This document shows, piece by piece, positions 63,646 through 64,000 of a stretch of 64,000 nucleotides of DNA (the stretch's first letter is position 1; each line of letters starts with the position of its first letter). The position numbers and the translations under genes were made by a program. The notes below the pieces were generated by a model. It searched no databases, was not told the DNA's origin, and saw only the letters and a list, made by a program, of their open reading frames with translations. The DNA comes from a virus (taxonomy: Duplodnaviria > Caudoviricetes), in the IMG/VR virus record IMGVR_UViG_3300028864_000017; one strand, given 5' to 3'.

Positions 63646-64000
63646 ATGAACAAAAAAGTATATTATAAAACAGATTGTAAAAAATTGATACAGTATAATG
63701 AAAATACTGATACTTTTTCTATAAGAAATGAAACAAAAAAAGTAGACAAAAGAATATCAATTAATGAATTTCGTCTTCTTAACACTACTATCATAAAATC
63801 TCAAGAGTTCTGTAGATTAATGAATATTCATTTCAATAGTATTAAAGATTCTTGGATGTTTGATGGTACAGAATATCAAAGTTTAGATAACTTTGAATAT
63901 AAGGATTATAATTTATCAGATAATTATAATCTTGGCAAAGAAGTACCATTTCATGAAATTCCAAGTAGGTATAATCCTGATCACAAAAGAAATATGATTC
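63646..64000 (+). CDS. Hypothetical protein, 3'-truncated by the window edge
   Basis: ATG at 63646 (MNKKVYYKTDC...), open to the end of the window. Confidence 0.55.
   Translation, partial: MNKKVYYKTDCKKLIQYNENTDTFSIRNETKKVDKRISINEFRLLNTTIIKSQEFCRLMNIHFNSIKDSWMFDGTEYQSLDNFEYKDYNLSDNYNLGKEVPFHEIPSRYNPDHKRNMI

Noticed and set aside
1-64000. Stop-codon reassignment (TAG/TGA), as in Lak-type Bacteroidota phages
   Set aside because: Standard-code ORFs tile the window and conserved enzymes are uninterrupted; TAG is rare but does end 50956..51210
1-64000. tRNA/rRNA genes and CRISPR arrays
   Set aside because: No cloverleaf-compatible GC-rich segments or regularly spaced repeat-spacer units seen by eye; tRNAscan-SE or a CRISPR finder would confirm
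1-64000. Eukaryotic giant virus origin (ankyrin, Hsp70, PolB, very low GC)
   Set aside because: Bacteroidota promoters, intrinsic terminators, ATGA-coupled operons and T4-like uvsY/uvsW/gp14 indicate a bacteriophage

Overview
Very AT-rich, densely coding segment of a large T4-like (jumbo/huge) bacteriophage genome in the standard genetic code. The host is very likely Bacteroidota: there are repeated TAnnTTTG (-7) promoters, several with a (T/G/C)TTG -33 box 18-20 nt upstream, A-rich leaders without Shine-Dalgarno sites, and a DnaK ending in DFEEVK. Recognisable genes are uvsY-uvsW, an extended gp14-like neck protein, tail/fibre genes (GTSGSS repeats, BspA/DUF285-like LRR, IPT/TIG), glutamine-dependent NadE, a glycosyltransferase cluster (GT4 fused to a TibC/Aah-like transferase, GT6 and others), the N-terminal half of a split family-B DNA polymerase, a CDF metal transporter, PIN-PhoH, DHFR, DHH phosphoesterase, ankyrin protein, DNA methyltransferase, AEP-like protein, RtcB and a divergent DnaK. 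The most striking unexplained structure is a pair of mutually exclusive peptide tags on otherwise unrelated proteins. Thirteen proteins end exactly in K-F-N-[L/I]-stop, mostly with an N-terminal MKxxKxFE-type leader, and lie mainly in late-type blocks. About 21 proteins carry R-x-x-K-[L/I]-x-x-[L/I] at or near the C-terminus, mainly in replication or host-promoter operons. Two of the latter look like fragments of core phage proteins fused to the tag: an unannotated 56-aa ORF with PolB motif A (LDFASLYPS), and a 96-aa ORF resembling a gp23 major-capsid segment. All functional assignments come from motif recognition by eye; no database searches were run.
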